A stretch of DNA of 64,000 bases from an uncultured delta proteobacterium (GTDB lineage Bacteria > Desulfobacterota > Desulfobacteria > Desulfobacterales > JAFDCJ01). Below are positions 1 to 9,667 of this stretch, piece after piece. The translations under genes were made by a program, and so were the position numbers. Where the stretch lies: contig CAVYNY010000013.1 in assembly GCA_963769935.1 (NCBI GenBank), positions 32,001-96,000 of the forward strand, read 5' to 3'. Every line of letters starts with the position of its first letter. Within the stretch, counting starts at the first letter, position 1. Under the pieces are notes generated by a model. It made no database searches, was not told where the DNA came from, and saw only the letters and a program-made list of their open reading frames with translations.

Positions 1-21
1 TCAAACCGGTTCGATTGGTCA

Positions 22-972
22 GTGCAGGACAGGTTTTTGCGAAATTCTGACACGATAGCATTAACGGGTGCAACGGGGTTTATCGGCGCCGCGCTGGCAC
101 GGCGATTGGCAGGCACCGGCCGCAAAATTCAAGCCCTCATCCGCCCTGCTTCAAGCCATAAGCGCCCGGACGGATTTGCGGTCAGGTGGATCGAGGGTGA
201 CCTTGAAGACACGGCAAGTCTGCGCCGCCTGGTTGAAGGCGTCGATACGGTGATACACTGCGCCGGCACGGTTCGCGGTGCCACCCGCGAGCAATTCAAC
301 CGTGTTAATGCAGAGGGATTGTCACGAATGGTGCAGGCGACGGTGAATCAGCACCCGACACCGCGTTTTTTATTGATGTCTTCCCTGGCAGCCCGGGAAC
401 CGCACCTGTCCGATTATGCCGCCAGCAAAAGACAAGGGGAAAAGGTGCTGGCTGAAAAATCCGACCAACTCTCCTGGACCATTTATCGGCCGTGCGCGGT
501 ATACGGTCCGGGTGATCGGGAAATGCTGCCGGTCTTTCGGTGGATGGCAAATGGCATTGCTCCGGTACTGGGCGACGGCAGCAGCCGCTTTTCCCTGCTT
601 TATGTGAAAGATCTGGTGGAAGCGGTCGTCCAATGGTTGGACCGCAATAGTTGCCGGTCGGGCACATATGAGTTGCATGATGGACAGCCGGGAGGCTACT
701 CATGGCATGATGTGATCGATACCGTCAGACAATTGCGTGCCAAATATATTGTTCGCCTAAAAATACCCTTGGTTCTGGTCAGGCTCGCAGCAGCGTTAAA
801 TCTTTTTGCCGCCAAAACTTTCGGCTATGCACCCATGCTGACCCCCGGCAAAGTGCGCGAATTGTATCATTCCAACTGGATTTGTGATAATAAAGCGCTC
901 CAGGCCGCCATCGAATGGTCGCCGCGGACATTGTTGCCGGAGGGATTGCAGCATACATTAAAAAAGGAATAA
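22..972 (+). CDS. NAD(P)-dependent extended SDR; candidate bacterial ceramide reductase (CerR-like)
   Basis: TGATGFIG Rossmann motif, YAASK catalytic motif, RPCAVYGPGD; directly upstream of ACP and SPT as in alphaproteobacterial sphingolipid clusters. Start may be slightly downstream. Confidence 0.8.
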   Translation: MQDRFLRNSDTIALTGATGFIGAALARRLAGTGRKIQALIRPASSHKRPDGFAVRWIEGDLEDTASLRRLVEGVDTVIHCAGTVRGATREQFNRVNAEGLSRMVQATVNQHPTPRFLLMSSLAAREPHLSDYAASKRQGEKVLAEKSDQLSWTIYRPCAVYGPGDREMLPVFRWMANGIAPVLGDGSSRFSLLYVKDLVEAVVQWLDRNSCRSGTYELHDGQPGGYSWHDVIDTVRQLRAKYIVRLKIPLVLVRLAAALNLFAAKTFGYAPMLTPGKVRELYHSNWICDNKALQAAIEWSPRTLLPEGLQHTLKKE

Positions 973-979
973 ACGGCGC

Positions 980-1228
980 ATGGATCTTGATAAAAAAATA
1001 ATGGAGAAGTTAACTGAAATATTAAAACCCTTCGTTCCTGAGGGACAGGCAATCGGTGAGGATACGGATCTGGTGGTGGATCTGGGTTTGGATTCGTTGA
1101 AGGTAATGAAAATCCTGGAATCGGTGGAAGACACCTTTGATATTTCGATTCCGCTGAATGTATTGCCGGATGTACGCACGGTAAAAGATTTTGCCTTGCA
1201 AATTCAAGAAATAAATGGGGAAGGATGA
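980..1228 (+). CDS. Acyl carrier protein (SPT-associated)
   Basis: 82 aa acidic protein with LGLDSL phosphopantetheine site; stop overlaps the spt start (ATGA). Confidence 0.92.
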   Translation: MDLDKKIMEKLTEILKPFVPEGQAIGEDTDLVVDLGLDSLKVMKILESVEDTFDISIPLNVLPDVRTVKDFALQIQEINGEG

Positions 1229-2430
1229 AGATGACCATATTTGATAAATTCGGGCAGTTGGCCGCCGCCCGCAAGGAGTTGGAGCAAACCTGCGATAGTT
1301 TTTTCAATATTGTTATTGAAGAAATCATTTCGGGCACCGAGGCCGTTGTGAACGGTCGCCCCCTGATTCTGGCCGGAAGCAACAACTACCTGGGACTTTC
1401 GTTTGATTCCGGCTGTATTGAAGCCGCCTGTCAGGCCGCCCGCAAGGAGGGCACCGGCACCACCGGCTCAAGGATGGCCAACGGAACTTTTTCAGGCCAC
1501 GTGGCATTGGAAAAGGAACTGGCCGGTTTTTTCAATCGACAAGGCGCCATTGTTTTTTCAACCGGCTACGTCGCCAATCTGGCCATGCTGTCCACCCTGG
1601 TCGGTCCCGGAGAAATCATCCTGCTGGATGCCGATTGTCATGCCAGTATTTATGACGGCTGCCGGTTGGGAGGAGCCGAAATACACCGCTTCCGTCACAA
1701 CGACCCGCAGGATCTGGAAAAACGGCTGAGGCGGCTTGAAAAACGCAACACCAATATCCTGGTCGTTGTCGAAGGTCTCTACAGCATGATGGGTGATCGT
1801 GCACCGCTGGCGGACATTGTCGCCGTCAAGGGTGATCACGGAGCTTATCTGCTGGTGGATGAAGCGCATTCCCTGGGCGTGCTGGGGGCCAACGGACGCG
1901 GACTGGCCGAAGAAGCCGGTGTGGAAGATGGGGTGGATTTTGTGGTCGGCACATTCAGCAAAAGCCTGGGGGCTATCGGCGGTTTTTGCGTCAGCAACCA
2001 TCCCGAGCTCAATCTGGTGCGCTATGCCAGCCGCCCCTATGTTTTCACGGCATCCTCTTCACCTTCTATAATTGCTTCCACCCGCACGGCCCTGCAGATT
2101 CTAAAAACAGGATCTGAACTGCGTCAACGCCTTTGGGAAAATGCCAACCTGCTTTACCGGAAACTGCAGGATTTAAATTTTCAGGTGGGACCTGAGCTGA
2201 GTCCGATTGTGGCGGTCCGGCTGAAGGATAAAGCAGAGGCCTTTGCCCTCTGGAGTGCTTTGCTGGAACACGGGGTATATGTCAATCTGGTTTTGCCGCC
2301 GGCTACTCCCGATGGGGACTCGCTGCTGCGCTGCAGCGTCAGTGCTGCCCACACTCCGGAACAGATGGAGAATATTTGCCGGGCGTTTACGGCCGCCAGG
2401 GAGTTATTGGGAACAGCCCAAACGGTCTGA
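1225..2430 (+). CDS. spt: Serine palmitoyltransferase (PLP alpha-oxoamine synthase family)
   Basis: SNNYLG, GSRMANGT, FSTGYVANL, LDADCHASIYDG, DEAH, GTFSKSLG (PLP Lys), RPYVFTAS, VNLVLPPATP; closely resembles Sphingomonas-type SPT as recalled; ACP neighbour, no bio genes. Confidence 0.85.
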   Translation: MKMTIFDKFGQLAAARKELEQTCDSFFNIVIEEIISGTEAVVNGRPLILAGSNNYLGLSFDSGCIEAACQAARKEGTGTTGSRMANGTFSGHVALEKELAGFFNRQGAIVFSTGYVANLAMLSTLVGPGEIILLDADCHASIYDGCRLGGAEIHRFRHNDPQDLEKRLRRLEKRNTNILVVVEGLYSMMGDRAPLADIVAVKGDHGAYLLVDEAHSLGVLGANGRGLAEEAGVEDGVDFVVGTFSKSLGAIGGFCVSNHPELNLVRYASRPYVFTASSSPSIIASTRTALQILKTGSELRQRLWENANLLYRKLQDLNFQVGPELSPIVAVRLKDKAEAFALWSALLEHGVYVNLVLPPATPDGDSLLRCSVSAAHTPEQMENICRAFTAARELLGTAQTV

Positions 2431-2613
2431 TGAGAATAAAAGCCGCCATAAAATTGCACAATTTTAGCGCATTCTTGTCCGCCATTTTTTTAGCGGATTA
2501 GTCATTTTTATCTCGCTGAAAGCGGGATTTGTTCATTTATAACAATAAAACTCAACGACTTACAACGAATTTCCAATACTGCGCTTCTAAGCGCCTAAAC
2601 CTAAAATCCGACT

Positions 2614-4416
2614 ATGCGTTTTTTGATAAAACTGGCGCGAGCCTACCCCCTGCACAGCATCGTAATGGTCATTGCGCTGATGCTGGCGGGCATCCTGGAA
2701 GGTGTCGGCCTTTCCATGCTGCTGCCTATATTGAAGGTTGCATCAGGCGGGCCGCCCGGTATCGCACCACCGGCAGCAGGCAGCACGAATTCTGCCGTCT
2801 CCGCGCTCGAAAAACTGGTGACAGACGGCTTTTCAGCCTTGGGCCTGTCGCCGACGATCGGCGTGCTTTTAGTGATCTTTATCGCCACCATCACAGTAAA
2901 AAGTACGCTGGTATTGCTGGCCAAAAAGCAGGTCGGCTACACAGTCGCACGAGTCGCCACCGACCTGCGCCTCGAAATGCTGAGGGCCTTGCTCGCCAGC
3001 CGCTGGGAATATTTTCTCAAACAACCCCTGGGAAGTCTGGCCAATTCCATGGCGACGGAAGCCGCCAGGTCTTCCAAAGCCTACATGAGCGGCGTCATGA
3101 TGGTTGCCGACTTTATTCAGGCGGCGATCTATGCCGTCATTGCATTGTTGATTTCCTGGAGAGTCACATTTATCGCGCTGGCGGCAGGGCTGATCACGTT
3201 TTATGGCCTGCGCCGTTTTGTTCGCAAAGCACGCCACGCCGGCATCCGCCAGACGGATGTTCTGAAATCCCTGCTGTCCCTGCTTACGGATACTCTGCAG
3301 TCCATAAAACCGCTGAAAGCCATGGCCCGTGAAAATGTATCCGACCTTTTGCTGGAAAAAAAGACCAATCGGCTGAACAAGGCCTTACAAAAGCAGGTAT
3401 TAAACAAAGAGTTTTTAAAAGCATTTCAAGATCAGCTGCTGATGATAATTCTCGCCGCGGGCCTTTACGTGATGTTGGTGTACCTGAAGATGCCGGTTGC
3501 CAGCATCATTCTGCTGGTATTGCTGGTCTCGAAGTTGCTCAAGCAATTCAACAGTGTTCAAACCCTCTATCAGGAGATGGTTATTCTCGAAAGCGCCTAC
3601 TGGTCTATGAAGGAGACCATTGAAACCATGCAGCGTGAACGCGAAGTGCTGACCGGCAGCGCGGTGCCGGAACTAAAACGGGGCATTCGGATAGAGCAGG
3701 TGGATTTTGCCTATGATAACCATCGGGTGCTGGAAAACATATCCCTCGATTTTCAGGCCGGACAGATTACATCTATCGTCGGGCCGTCAGGTTCAGGGAA
3801 AACAACCATCGTCGACCTGATAACCGGCTTGCTGCGGCCTCAAAAAGGCGAGGTGTGGATTGACGGTCAACCGCTGTCACGGATTGATCAGAAAAGCTGG
3901 CGACACATGATCGGCTATGTCCCGCAGGAAACCCTGCTGCTGCACGATACCATCCTGAACAATATTACCCTGGGTGACGCCGGCCTGAGCGAAAAAGATG
4001 CGGAAGGCGCGCTGCGCGCGGCCGGGATTTGGGCGTTTGTCAAAAGCCTGCCCCTGGGAATGCAAAGCATTGTCGGTGAACGCGGCGGCAAGCTGTCCGG
4101 CGGCCAGCGGCAGCGTATTGCCATCGCAAGAGCAATCGTACACAAGCCCCGGCTGCTGATCCTCGACGAGGCAACAAGTTCCCTGGACCCTGCAAGCGAG
4201 GACGCCATATGTGAAACGCTACGGCAGCTTCGGGGACGACTTACCATTTTGACCATTTCGCATCAGCAAGCTTTGAATAAAATAGCGGACCGGTCCTATT
4301 ACGTGCAGGACGGAAAAATTGTAACGATCGATGACCGCTCCGGGGACGGTCTTCCCAATCAAGATGTCGATGAGGAAGGCTTCCCCTCTCCCCGCTTTGT
4401 GGTCAAACCTGCGTGA
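2614..4416 (+). CDS. ABC exporter, fused TMD-NBD (MsbA/PglK-like lipid-linked glycan flippase)
   Basis: About 6 TM segments, then Walker A GPSGSGKT, LSGGQ signature, LILDEAT Walker B. Confidence 0.9.
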   Translation: MRFLIKLARAYPLHSIVMVIALMLAGILEGVGLSMLLPILKVASGGPPGIAPPAAGSTNSAVSALEKLVTDGFSALGLSPTIGVLLVIFIATITVKSTLVLLAKKQVGYTVARVATDLRLEMLRALLASRWEYFLKQPLGSLANSMATEAARSSKAYMSGVMMVADFIQAAIYAVIALLISWRVTFIALAAGLITFYGLRRFVRKARHAGIRQTDVLKSLLSLLTDTLQSIKPLKAMARENVSDLLLEKKTNRLNKALQKQVLNKEFLKAFQDQLLMIILAAGLYVMLVYLKMPVASIILLVLLVSKLLKQFNSVQTLYQEMVILESAYWSMKETIETMQREREVLTGSAVPELKRGIRIEQVDFAYDNHRVLENISLDFQAGQITSIVGPSGSGKTTIVDLITGLLRPQKGEVWIDGQPLSRIDQKSWRHMIGYVPQETLLLHDTILNNITLGDAGLSEKDAEGALRAAGIWAFVKSLPLGMQSIVGERGGKLSGGQRQRIAIARAIVHKPRLLILDEATSSLDPASEDAICETLRQLRGRLTILTISHQQALNKIADRSYYVQDGKIVTIDDRSGDGLPNQDVDEEGFPSPRFVVKPA

Positions 4417-4991
4417 TCGCTGCAAAACAGGGTCGGGTGAAGCACGAGTTCCCTGAGGAGGAAGGCAGTTTGGTTCAGGCAGAAGACATAAGTGAGATTA
4501 AAGAAACTATCCGTCGTATCCGTCTGGTTGCCTTTGATTTCGACGGTGTGTTTACCGACAATAAGGTGTATGTATTTGAAGACGGCTCCGAAGCCGTACG
4601 ATGCTCGCGCAGCGACGGCATCGGTCTGCAAAAACTTAAACGCGCCGGCATCGAAACCGTCATAATTTCCACCGAAACCAATCCAGTGGTTTCGGCCCGG
4701 GCACGCAAATTAAATATTCGCTGTGTACAGAACTGCCAGGACAAACGCGCAGTCCTGCAGGAAATTGCTTCCGAATTCAAAATTGCATTAGACCAGATTG
4801 CATTTGTCGGCAACGATATAAACGACCTGGCCTGTCTTGAATGCGTCGCGCTGCCCATCGTGGTGCAGGATGCCCACCGGGATGTTCTGGCGACCGCACG
4901 CTATCAAACGAAAAGTGCGGGCGGACACGGCGCGGTAAGGGAGATTTGTGATTTGTTCGAGGCGGTGCTGACAAAGGATATTGAAGATTGA
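4413..4991 (+). CDS. KdsC-like HAD phosphatase (ulosonate-phosphate phosphatase)
   Basis: FDFDGVFTD motif I, DGIG, GNDIND, GGHGAVRE; next to neuB. Start uncertain. Confidence 0.88.
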   Translation: MIAAKQGRVKHEFPEEEGSLVQAEDISEIKETIRRIRLVAFDFDGVFTDNKVYVFEDGSEAVRCSRSDGIGLQKLKRAGIETVIISTETNPVVSARARKLNIRCVQNCQDKRAVLQEIASEFKIALDQIAFVGNDINDLACLECVALPIVVQDAHRDVLATARYQTKSAGGHGAVREICDLFEAVLTKDIED

Positions 4992-5112
4992 AAATTGAAT
5001 AATGAATATTTAAGGAATTCTGTCTATTAAAGATTAACCAAATGATCTTATGAATGAAGTTAAAAACGATAGAATTCCACAAATATTCAATTTACAATCT
5101 CCAATTTTCAAT
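4980..5112. repeat. Empty inverted heptamer-arm element (ATTGAAN...NTTCAAT)
   Basis: Left arm ATTGAAGATTGAAAATTGAAT, right arm ATATTCAATTTACAATCTCCAATTTTCAAT; inner ends match the flanks of the four-helix gene at 60.5-61 kb. Confidence 0.8.
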
Positions 5113-5200
5113 TGTTATAATTGCTTGAAATATAATCAAATTTAGTTTTGCCTGCAAATGCAGCTAATATTACAACCCAGACCAGTGGGAGGAGGTAAAA

Positions 5201-6277
5201 ATGCGCAAACTTATACTGGACGGCAAAGTCATTCAAGATAACAGTGATTGCTACGTGATCGCCGAGATCGGGCACAATCATCAGGGCAAACTCGAAACCG
5301 CCAAGGAAATGTTCCGGGTAGCCAAGGAATGCGGGGCCGACGCGGTCAAATTGCAGAAAAGAGACAATCGTTCGCTGTTCACCAAAGCCGGCTATGAAAA
5401 GCCTTATGACAATCCCCAAAGCTACGGCGACACCTACGGTGAACATCGGGAGTATTTAGAGTTCGGCTGGATAGAATATAAAGAACTTATGGATTACGCG
5501 AATGAAATCGGAATTACGATGTTTTCCACCGCCTTTGATTTTAACAGCGCCGATTTTTTGGCAAAACTGGATATTCCGATGTACAAGATTGCCTCCGGCG
5601 ATCTGAAAAACATCCCGTTGCTCACCCACATCGCCGGATTTCAAAAACCGATGATTCTCAGCACCGGTGGAGGGACCATGGAGGATGTCAATCGCGCTTA
5701 TGATGTGATTATGCCGATCAATCAGCAACTGTGTATTCTCCAGTGCACGGCCGGCTACCCGGCGGAATTCGATGAACTGAACCTTCGGGTAATTACAACT
5801 TTCCGCGAACGGTTTCCCAGCGCCACCATCGGCCTTTCTTCCCACGACAACGGCATTGCCATGGCGGTAGCGGCTTTTATGCTGGGGGCCAGGGTGATCG
5901 AGAAGCACTTCACCCTCAATCACACCTGGAAAGGCACCGATCATGCGTTTTCCCTGGAGCCCATCGGATTTCGCAAACTGGTCCGGGACCTGAAGAGAAC
6001 CAAGGTTGCGGTGGGCGACGGCATCAAGCGGGTTTATGAAAGCGAGGTAAAGCCGATCACCAAGATGGGCAAAAAATTGGTGGCCGCTCACGATCTTCCG
6101 GCGGGTTATATGATACGGCGGGAAGACCTTGCCATCAAATCACCGGGAGACGGGCTGCAGCCTTACGAGATCGACAAAGTCATCGGACGGGTTACCCGCC
6201 AGGCGATGAAAGCAGACGACGACATCAGTTTTGAAATTTTGAACGGGTCCGAGAGTCTGGCAGAGGCCGCATCTTGA
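5201..6277 (+). CDS. neuB: N-acylneuraminate/ulosonate synthase family with C-terminal SAF domain
   Basis: IAEIGHNHQG, KLQKR, KIASGD, ILSTGG, GLSSHD, IEKHFTL, DHAFSLEP; strong GGAGG RBS. Confidence 0.93.
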   Translation: MRKLILDGKVIQDNSDCYVIAEIGHNHQGKLETAKEMFRVAKECGADAVKLQKRDNRSLFTKAGYEKPYDNPQSYGDTYGEHREYLEFGWIEYKELMDYANEIGITMFSTAFDFNSADFLAKLDIPMYKIASGDLKNIPLLTHIAGFQKPMILSTGGGTMEDVNRAYDVIMPINQQLCILQCTAGYPAEFDELNLRVITTFRERFPSATIGLSSHDNGIAMAVAAFMLGARVIEKHFTLNHTWKGTDHAFSLEPIGFRKLVRDLKRTKVAVGDGIKRVYESEVKPITKMGKKLVAAHDLPAGYMIRREDLAIKSPGDGLQPYEIDKVIGRVTRQAMKADDDISFEILNGSESLAEAAS

Positions 6278-7086
6278 AAAATGTTTTCAGTTTAAAGTCT
6301 GAAATTGCAGTCGTAACGGGCGCCCTGGGCAAGCTGGGACCGGTCTGGATCGAAGCCTTGCTGGATGCCGGGGCATCGGTTTTCGCTCTCGATTTAGCCC
6401 AGGCACCGCTGTCGGAAGAATTCAGCGCCCTGCAATCGCACTATGGCGATACCCGCCTGCAGCTGGATCGCACCGACGTCAGAGATCGCCGGTCGCTGGA
6501 AGCTGCGTGCAAAAATTGTATCGCCGCCATGGGTGTGCCCGGCATCCTGGTAAACAATGCCGGCATTGACCGTCCGCCGGAAAATGCGGCTAGAGGATAT
6601 CGTTTGGAGGATATTCCACTGGAAGAAAACCGGCAGATCTTTGAAGTCAATACTCTCGGGCTTTTTCAGGTAACCCAGGTTTTTGGTGCCCGGATGGTCG
6701 CCGCCGGCCGGGGATCCATCATCAATATCGGATCCCTGTATGCCAGCGTCTCACCGGATGAGCGGTTCTATGATCACATCCCGGGGGACCCGCCTTTCCT
6801 TAAACCGCCGGCCTACGGCGCCTCCAAAGCCGCGGTGGTCAATCTGACACGCTATTTGGCAACGCTTTGGGCGCCATATGGCGTGAGAGTGAATGCGTTG
6901 TCACCCGGGGGCGTGCTGGGCGGCCAGGACGAAGAATTCAAACGCAAATTTTGCGAACGGGTCCCCCTTGGAAGAATGGCCACCACGGAAGATCTTTGCG
7001 GACCTCTGGTATTTTTGGCCTCGCAGGCTTCATCTTACGTCACCGGCACCGAACTTATTGTAGACGGTGGTTTTACGGCCTGGTGA
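6274..7086 (+). CDS. Short-chain dehydrogenase/reductase
   Basis: TGALGKLG, NNAG, YGASK, VNALSPGG, VDGG; TTG start overlapping the neuB stop. Confidence 0.9.
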   Translation: MKNVFSLKSEIAVVTGALGKLGPVWIEALLDAGASVFALDLAQAPLSEEFSALQSHYGDTRLQLDRTDVRDRRSLEAACKNCIAAMGVPGILVNNAGIDRPPENAARGYRLEDIPLEENRQIFEVNTLGLFQVTQVFGARMVAAGRGSIINIGSLYASVSPDERFYDHIPGDPPFLKPPAYGASKAAVVNLTRYLATLWAPYGVRVNALSPGGVLGGQDEEFKRKFCERVPLGRMATTEDLCGPLVFLASQASSYVTGTELIVDGGFTAW

Positions 7087-7093
7087 TTTATGG

Positions 7094-7122
7094 ATTGAAT
7101 ATTGAATATTTGAGGAATGCTG
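7094..7122. repeat. Half copy of the ATTGAA heptamer-arm element
   Basis: ATTGAATATTGAATATTTGAGGAATGCTG resembles the left arm at 4980-5024. Confidence 0.55.
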
Positions 7123-7173
7123 CCACTTTTTTATTTTATAAAAAAATGGAGTTACACATGAAGCGGAGTTACA

Positions 7174-8646
7174 ATGAATTTTAGCAATCTCCCTGACATG
7201 ATTCCCAACTGGATCAACGGTGAAGAGTGTCCTGCAAAATCGGGGGAAACCTTTGACAAGTTATCACCCGCCACCGGCCGCCAGGTGTGCAAAGTCGCAC
7301 GCTCCGGATCGCAGGATGTCCAAAATGCGGTTCGGACCGCAAAGAAGGCCCAGGCGGAATGGTCCGCCTTCACCCCGGTTCAGCGCGGGGATATGCTGCA
7401 TGAAATCGCGCAGGGTTTGCGCAGGCATCAAAAGGAAATGGCGGCCATCGTCGCTTCGGAAACCGGAATGTCTTATAAGGCTGCGCTGGGTGAAACCGGC
7501 GGCGCCATCGCCCAGGGGGAATTTACGGCCGGTGAAGGCCGCCGTTTTTACGGCCGTACCACCACCAGTGCGGTGGCCCACAAATATGCCATGACCATCC
7601 GGCAGCCGCTGGGTGTTGCGGGGCTGATCATCGCCGCCAATACGCCGATTGCCAATGTGGCCTGGAAGGTGTTTCCGGCACTAATTTGCGGCAACGGGGC
7701 CGTATTGAAAGCTGCCGAAGACGCGCCCGCTACCGCCTGGTATTTCGGCAAGATCGCTCATGAAACGGGTCTGCCGCCGGGAATCTTAAATATTATCCAG
7801 GGATACGGCGAAGAAGCCGGTGCGCCCCTGGTTGCCGACCCGGATGTGGACGTCGTCAGTTTTACCGGGTCCACCGCCGTTGGTCGCCGGATCGCATCGA
7901 TTGCCGGTGAGCGTTTGGCCAAGGTGTCCCTCGAGCTGGGCGGCAAGAATCCACTGATTGTCTGTGATGATGCCGACCTGGAAGCAGCCGCCCGATGGGT
8001 GCTTCTTTCGGCCTTCAGCAATGCCGGGCAGCGCTGCGCCTCGGGCAGCCGCATCATTATTTTTGAGGCGGTTTATGAAAAATTTCGCGCTATGCTGGTT
8101 GAACGCACCCAGACGCTTACTGTCGGACCGGGTGATGAAGATGATCTCGGTCCGGTAATCAATCAAAGACAGCTCAATAATATGTTGGCTGCCATTCAGG
8201 CGGCTCGGCAAAAAGGCGCTGTGGTTCTAACCGGCGGAAACCGGCTGACGGATGATACACATGCTGCTGGTTTTTATATGGCACCGACTTTGATTGAAAA
8301 CATTGACCCGCAGGATGATATTTCCACCCGCGAGCTGTTCGGACCCGTCACCTGCCTTTATCGTGTCAGCGACTTTAAGGAGGCAATGCAGCTGGCCAAT
8401 GACTCGCCCTACGGCCTTACCGCCTGTATTCATACCCGCAGCTTCGACCGGGCCATCGCGTTTACCCAAAAGATTCAAGCGGGTGTCGCCGTCGTCAATG
8501 CCGGGACCTACGGCAGCGAACCCCATATGCCGTTCGGCGGGTTGAAGCAATCCGGCAACGGCACGCGGGAACCCGGAACGGAAGCCCTGGATGTCTACTC
8601 CGACTTGAAAAACATCATAATAAATATTGATCCGGAAAAACTATAA
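7174..8646 (+). CDS. Aldehyde dehydrogenase
   Basis: FTGSTAVG, LELGGKNP, catalytic Cys in AGQRCAS, ELFGP, PFGGLKQSG. Confidence 0.95.
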   Translation: MNFSNLPDMIPNWINGEECPAKSGETFDKLSPATGRQVCKVARSGSQDVQNAVRTAKKAQAEWSAFTPVQRGDMLHEIAQGLRRHQKEMAAIVASETGMSYKAALGETGGAIAQGEFTAGEGRRFYGRTTTSAVAHKYAMTIRQPLGVAGLIIAANTPIANVAWKVFPALICGNGAVLKAAEDAPATAWYFGKIAHETGLPPGILNIIQGYGEEAGAPLVADPDVDVVSFTGSTAVGRRIASIAGERLAKVSLELGGKNPLIVCDDADLEAAARWVLLSAFSNAGQRCASGSRIIIFEAVYEKFRAMLVERTQTLTVGPGDEDDLGPVINQRQLNNMLAAIQAARQKGAVVLTGGNRLTDDTHAAGFYMAPTLIENIDPQDDISTRELFGPVTCLYRVSDFKEAMQLANDSPYGLTACIHTRSFDRAIAFTQKIQAGVAVVNAGTYGSEPHMPFGGLKQSGNGTREPGTEALDVYSDLKNIIINIDPEKL

Positions 8647-8756
8647 TGAATTGAAAATTGCAGATTGAATATTTAAGGAATTGTTCCGATATTTATTAAA
8701 AGATGGAGCGAAGCGAACGCCATAAATATTCAATATTCAGTCTTCAATATTCATTC
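8647..8756. repeat. Empty inverted heptamer-arm element
   Basis: ATTGAAAATTGCAGATTGAATATTTAAGGAATT ... AAATATTCAATATTCAGTCTTCAATATTCA directly after the ALDH stop. Confidence 0.75.
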
Positions 8757-8773
8757 AAATTGGGGAAACACCG

Positions 8774-9535
8774 ATGGCGCAGGAAGATTACAAAATTGTT
8801 GCCCTGATACCGGCCCGCGCGGGTTCAAAGCGTGTGCCGGATAAAAATATACGGCCGCTGGCCGGACATCCGGTCATCGCTTATACAATTGCCGCCGCAC
8901 TTGGCAGCGGGATTTTTAACGATGTCATCGTTTCAACGGATTCAAATAAGTACGCCGAAGTTTCAGACTATTATGGGGCGCACGTACCGTTTCTGCGGCC
9001 CGCTGAATTGGCGGGCGACCAGTCCCCCGACATTGAATGGCTGGCCTACACACTCGAGCGCCTGCGGGATGCCGGCCGCAAATATGATTGTTTCAGCATT
9101 CTGCGGCCGACCAGTCCGTTTCGACTGCCGGAAACCATCCGGCGGGCCTGGCAGGAATTTTCCTCCCAAACCGGGGTCGACTCTTTACGGGCGGTCGAAA
9201 AATGCACCCAGCATCCCGGCAAAATGTGGGTGGTGCGGGGCAACCGCATGATGCCCCTGCTGCCGCTGGGACCGGCCGAGCAACCCTGGCACAGCAGTCA
9301 ATACCCTTCGCTGCCGGAAATATACGTCCAGAATGCCAGTCTGGAAATAGCCTGGTCGCGGGTCGTTTTCGAGGATCGAAGCATCGCCGGCAATGTGGTC
9401 ATGCCGTTTTTCACGGTAGATTATGAAGGGTTCGACGTGAACAATGAGTACGATTGGCAGCTTGCCGAGCAAATGGTTAAAAAAGGTGAGGCAAAATTGC
9501 CTGGGGTAACTCAACCGGCGTACTCTATTAGATAA
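8774..9535 (+). CDS. neuA: Acylneuraminate (ulosonate) cytidylyltransferase
   Basis: IPARAGSKRVPDKN, VSTDS, PFLRP, LRPTSPFR. Confidence 0.92.
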   Translation: MAQEDYKIVALIPARAGSKRVPDKNIRPLAGHPVIAYTIAAALGSGIFNDVIVSTDSNKYAEVSDYYGAHVPFLRPAELAGDQSPDIEWLAYTLERLRDAGRKYDCFSILRPTSPFRLPETIRRAWQEFSSQTGVDSLRAVEKCTQHPGKMWVVRGNRMMPLLPLGPAEQPWHSSQYPSLPEIYVQNASLEIAWSRVVFEDRSIAGNVVMPFFTVDYEGFDVNNEYDWQLAEQMVKKGEAKLPGVTQPAYSIR

Positions 9536-9539
9536 TTAT

Positions 9540-9625
9540 TCACCGCGGAGCTCGCAGAGAACGCTGAGATTGCTGAATCATACTTACGGGGACAAGCTCA
9601 GCGCCCGCGGCGTTCTCTGCGGTTG
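9540..9625. repeat. Inverted 9-mer-arm intergenic element
   Basis: CACCGCGGAGCTCGCAGAGAACGCTGAG ... CTCAGCGCCCGCGGCGTTCTCTGCGGTTG; similar element at 40047-40152. Confidence 0.6.
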
Positions 9626-9667
9626 GACAAATTTATTAGAAAGCAAAAAGGAGCTCTGATTATTACA

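Noticed and set aside
1225..2430. 8-amino-7-oxononanoate synthase (bioF) or glycine C-acetyltransferase
   Set aside because: No bio or tdh genes nearby; coupling to ACP and an SDR, plus sequence motifs, fits SPT better.
2529..3332. Long alternative-frame and antisense ORFs (also 5456-6091, 27189-27917, 49374-50087, 62143-62889)
   Set aside because: Fully overlap well-supported genes and have no recognisable motifs; shadow ORFs.
5201..9535. Canonical Neu5Ac, legionaminic or pseudaminic acid pathway
   Set aside because: No neuC/legG or pseB-G set in the window; the HAD phosphatase and extra redox/transketolase genes point elsewhere.
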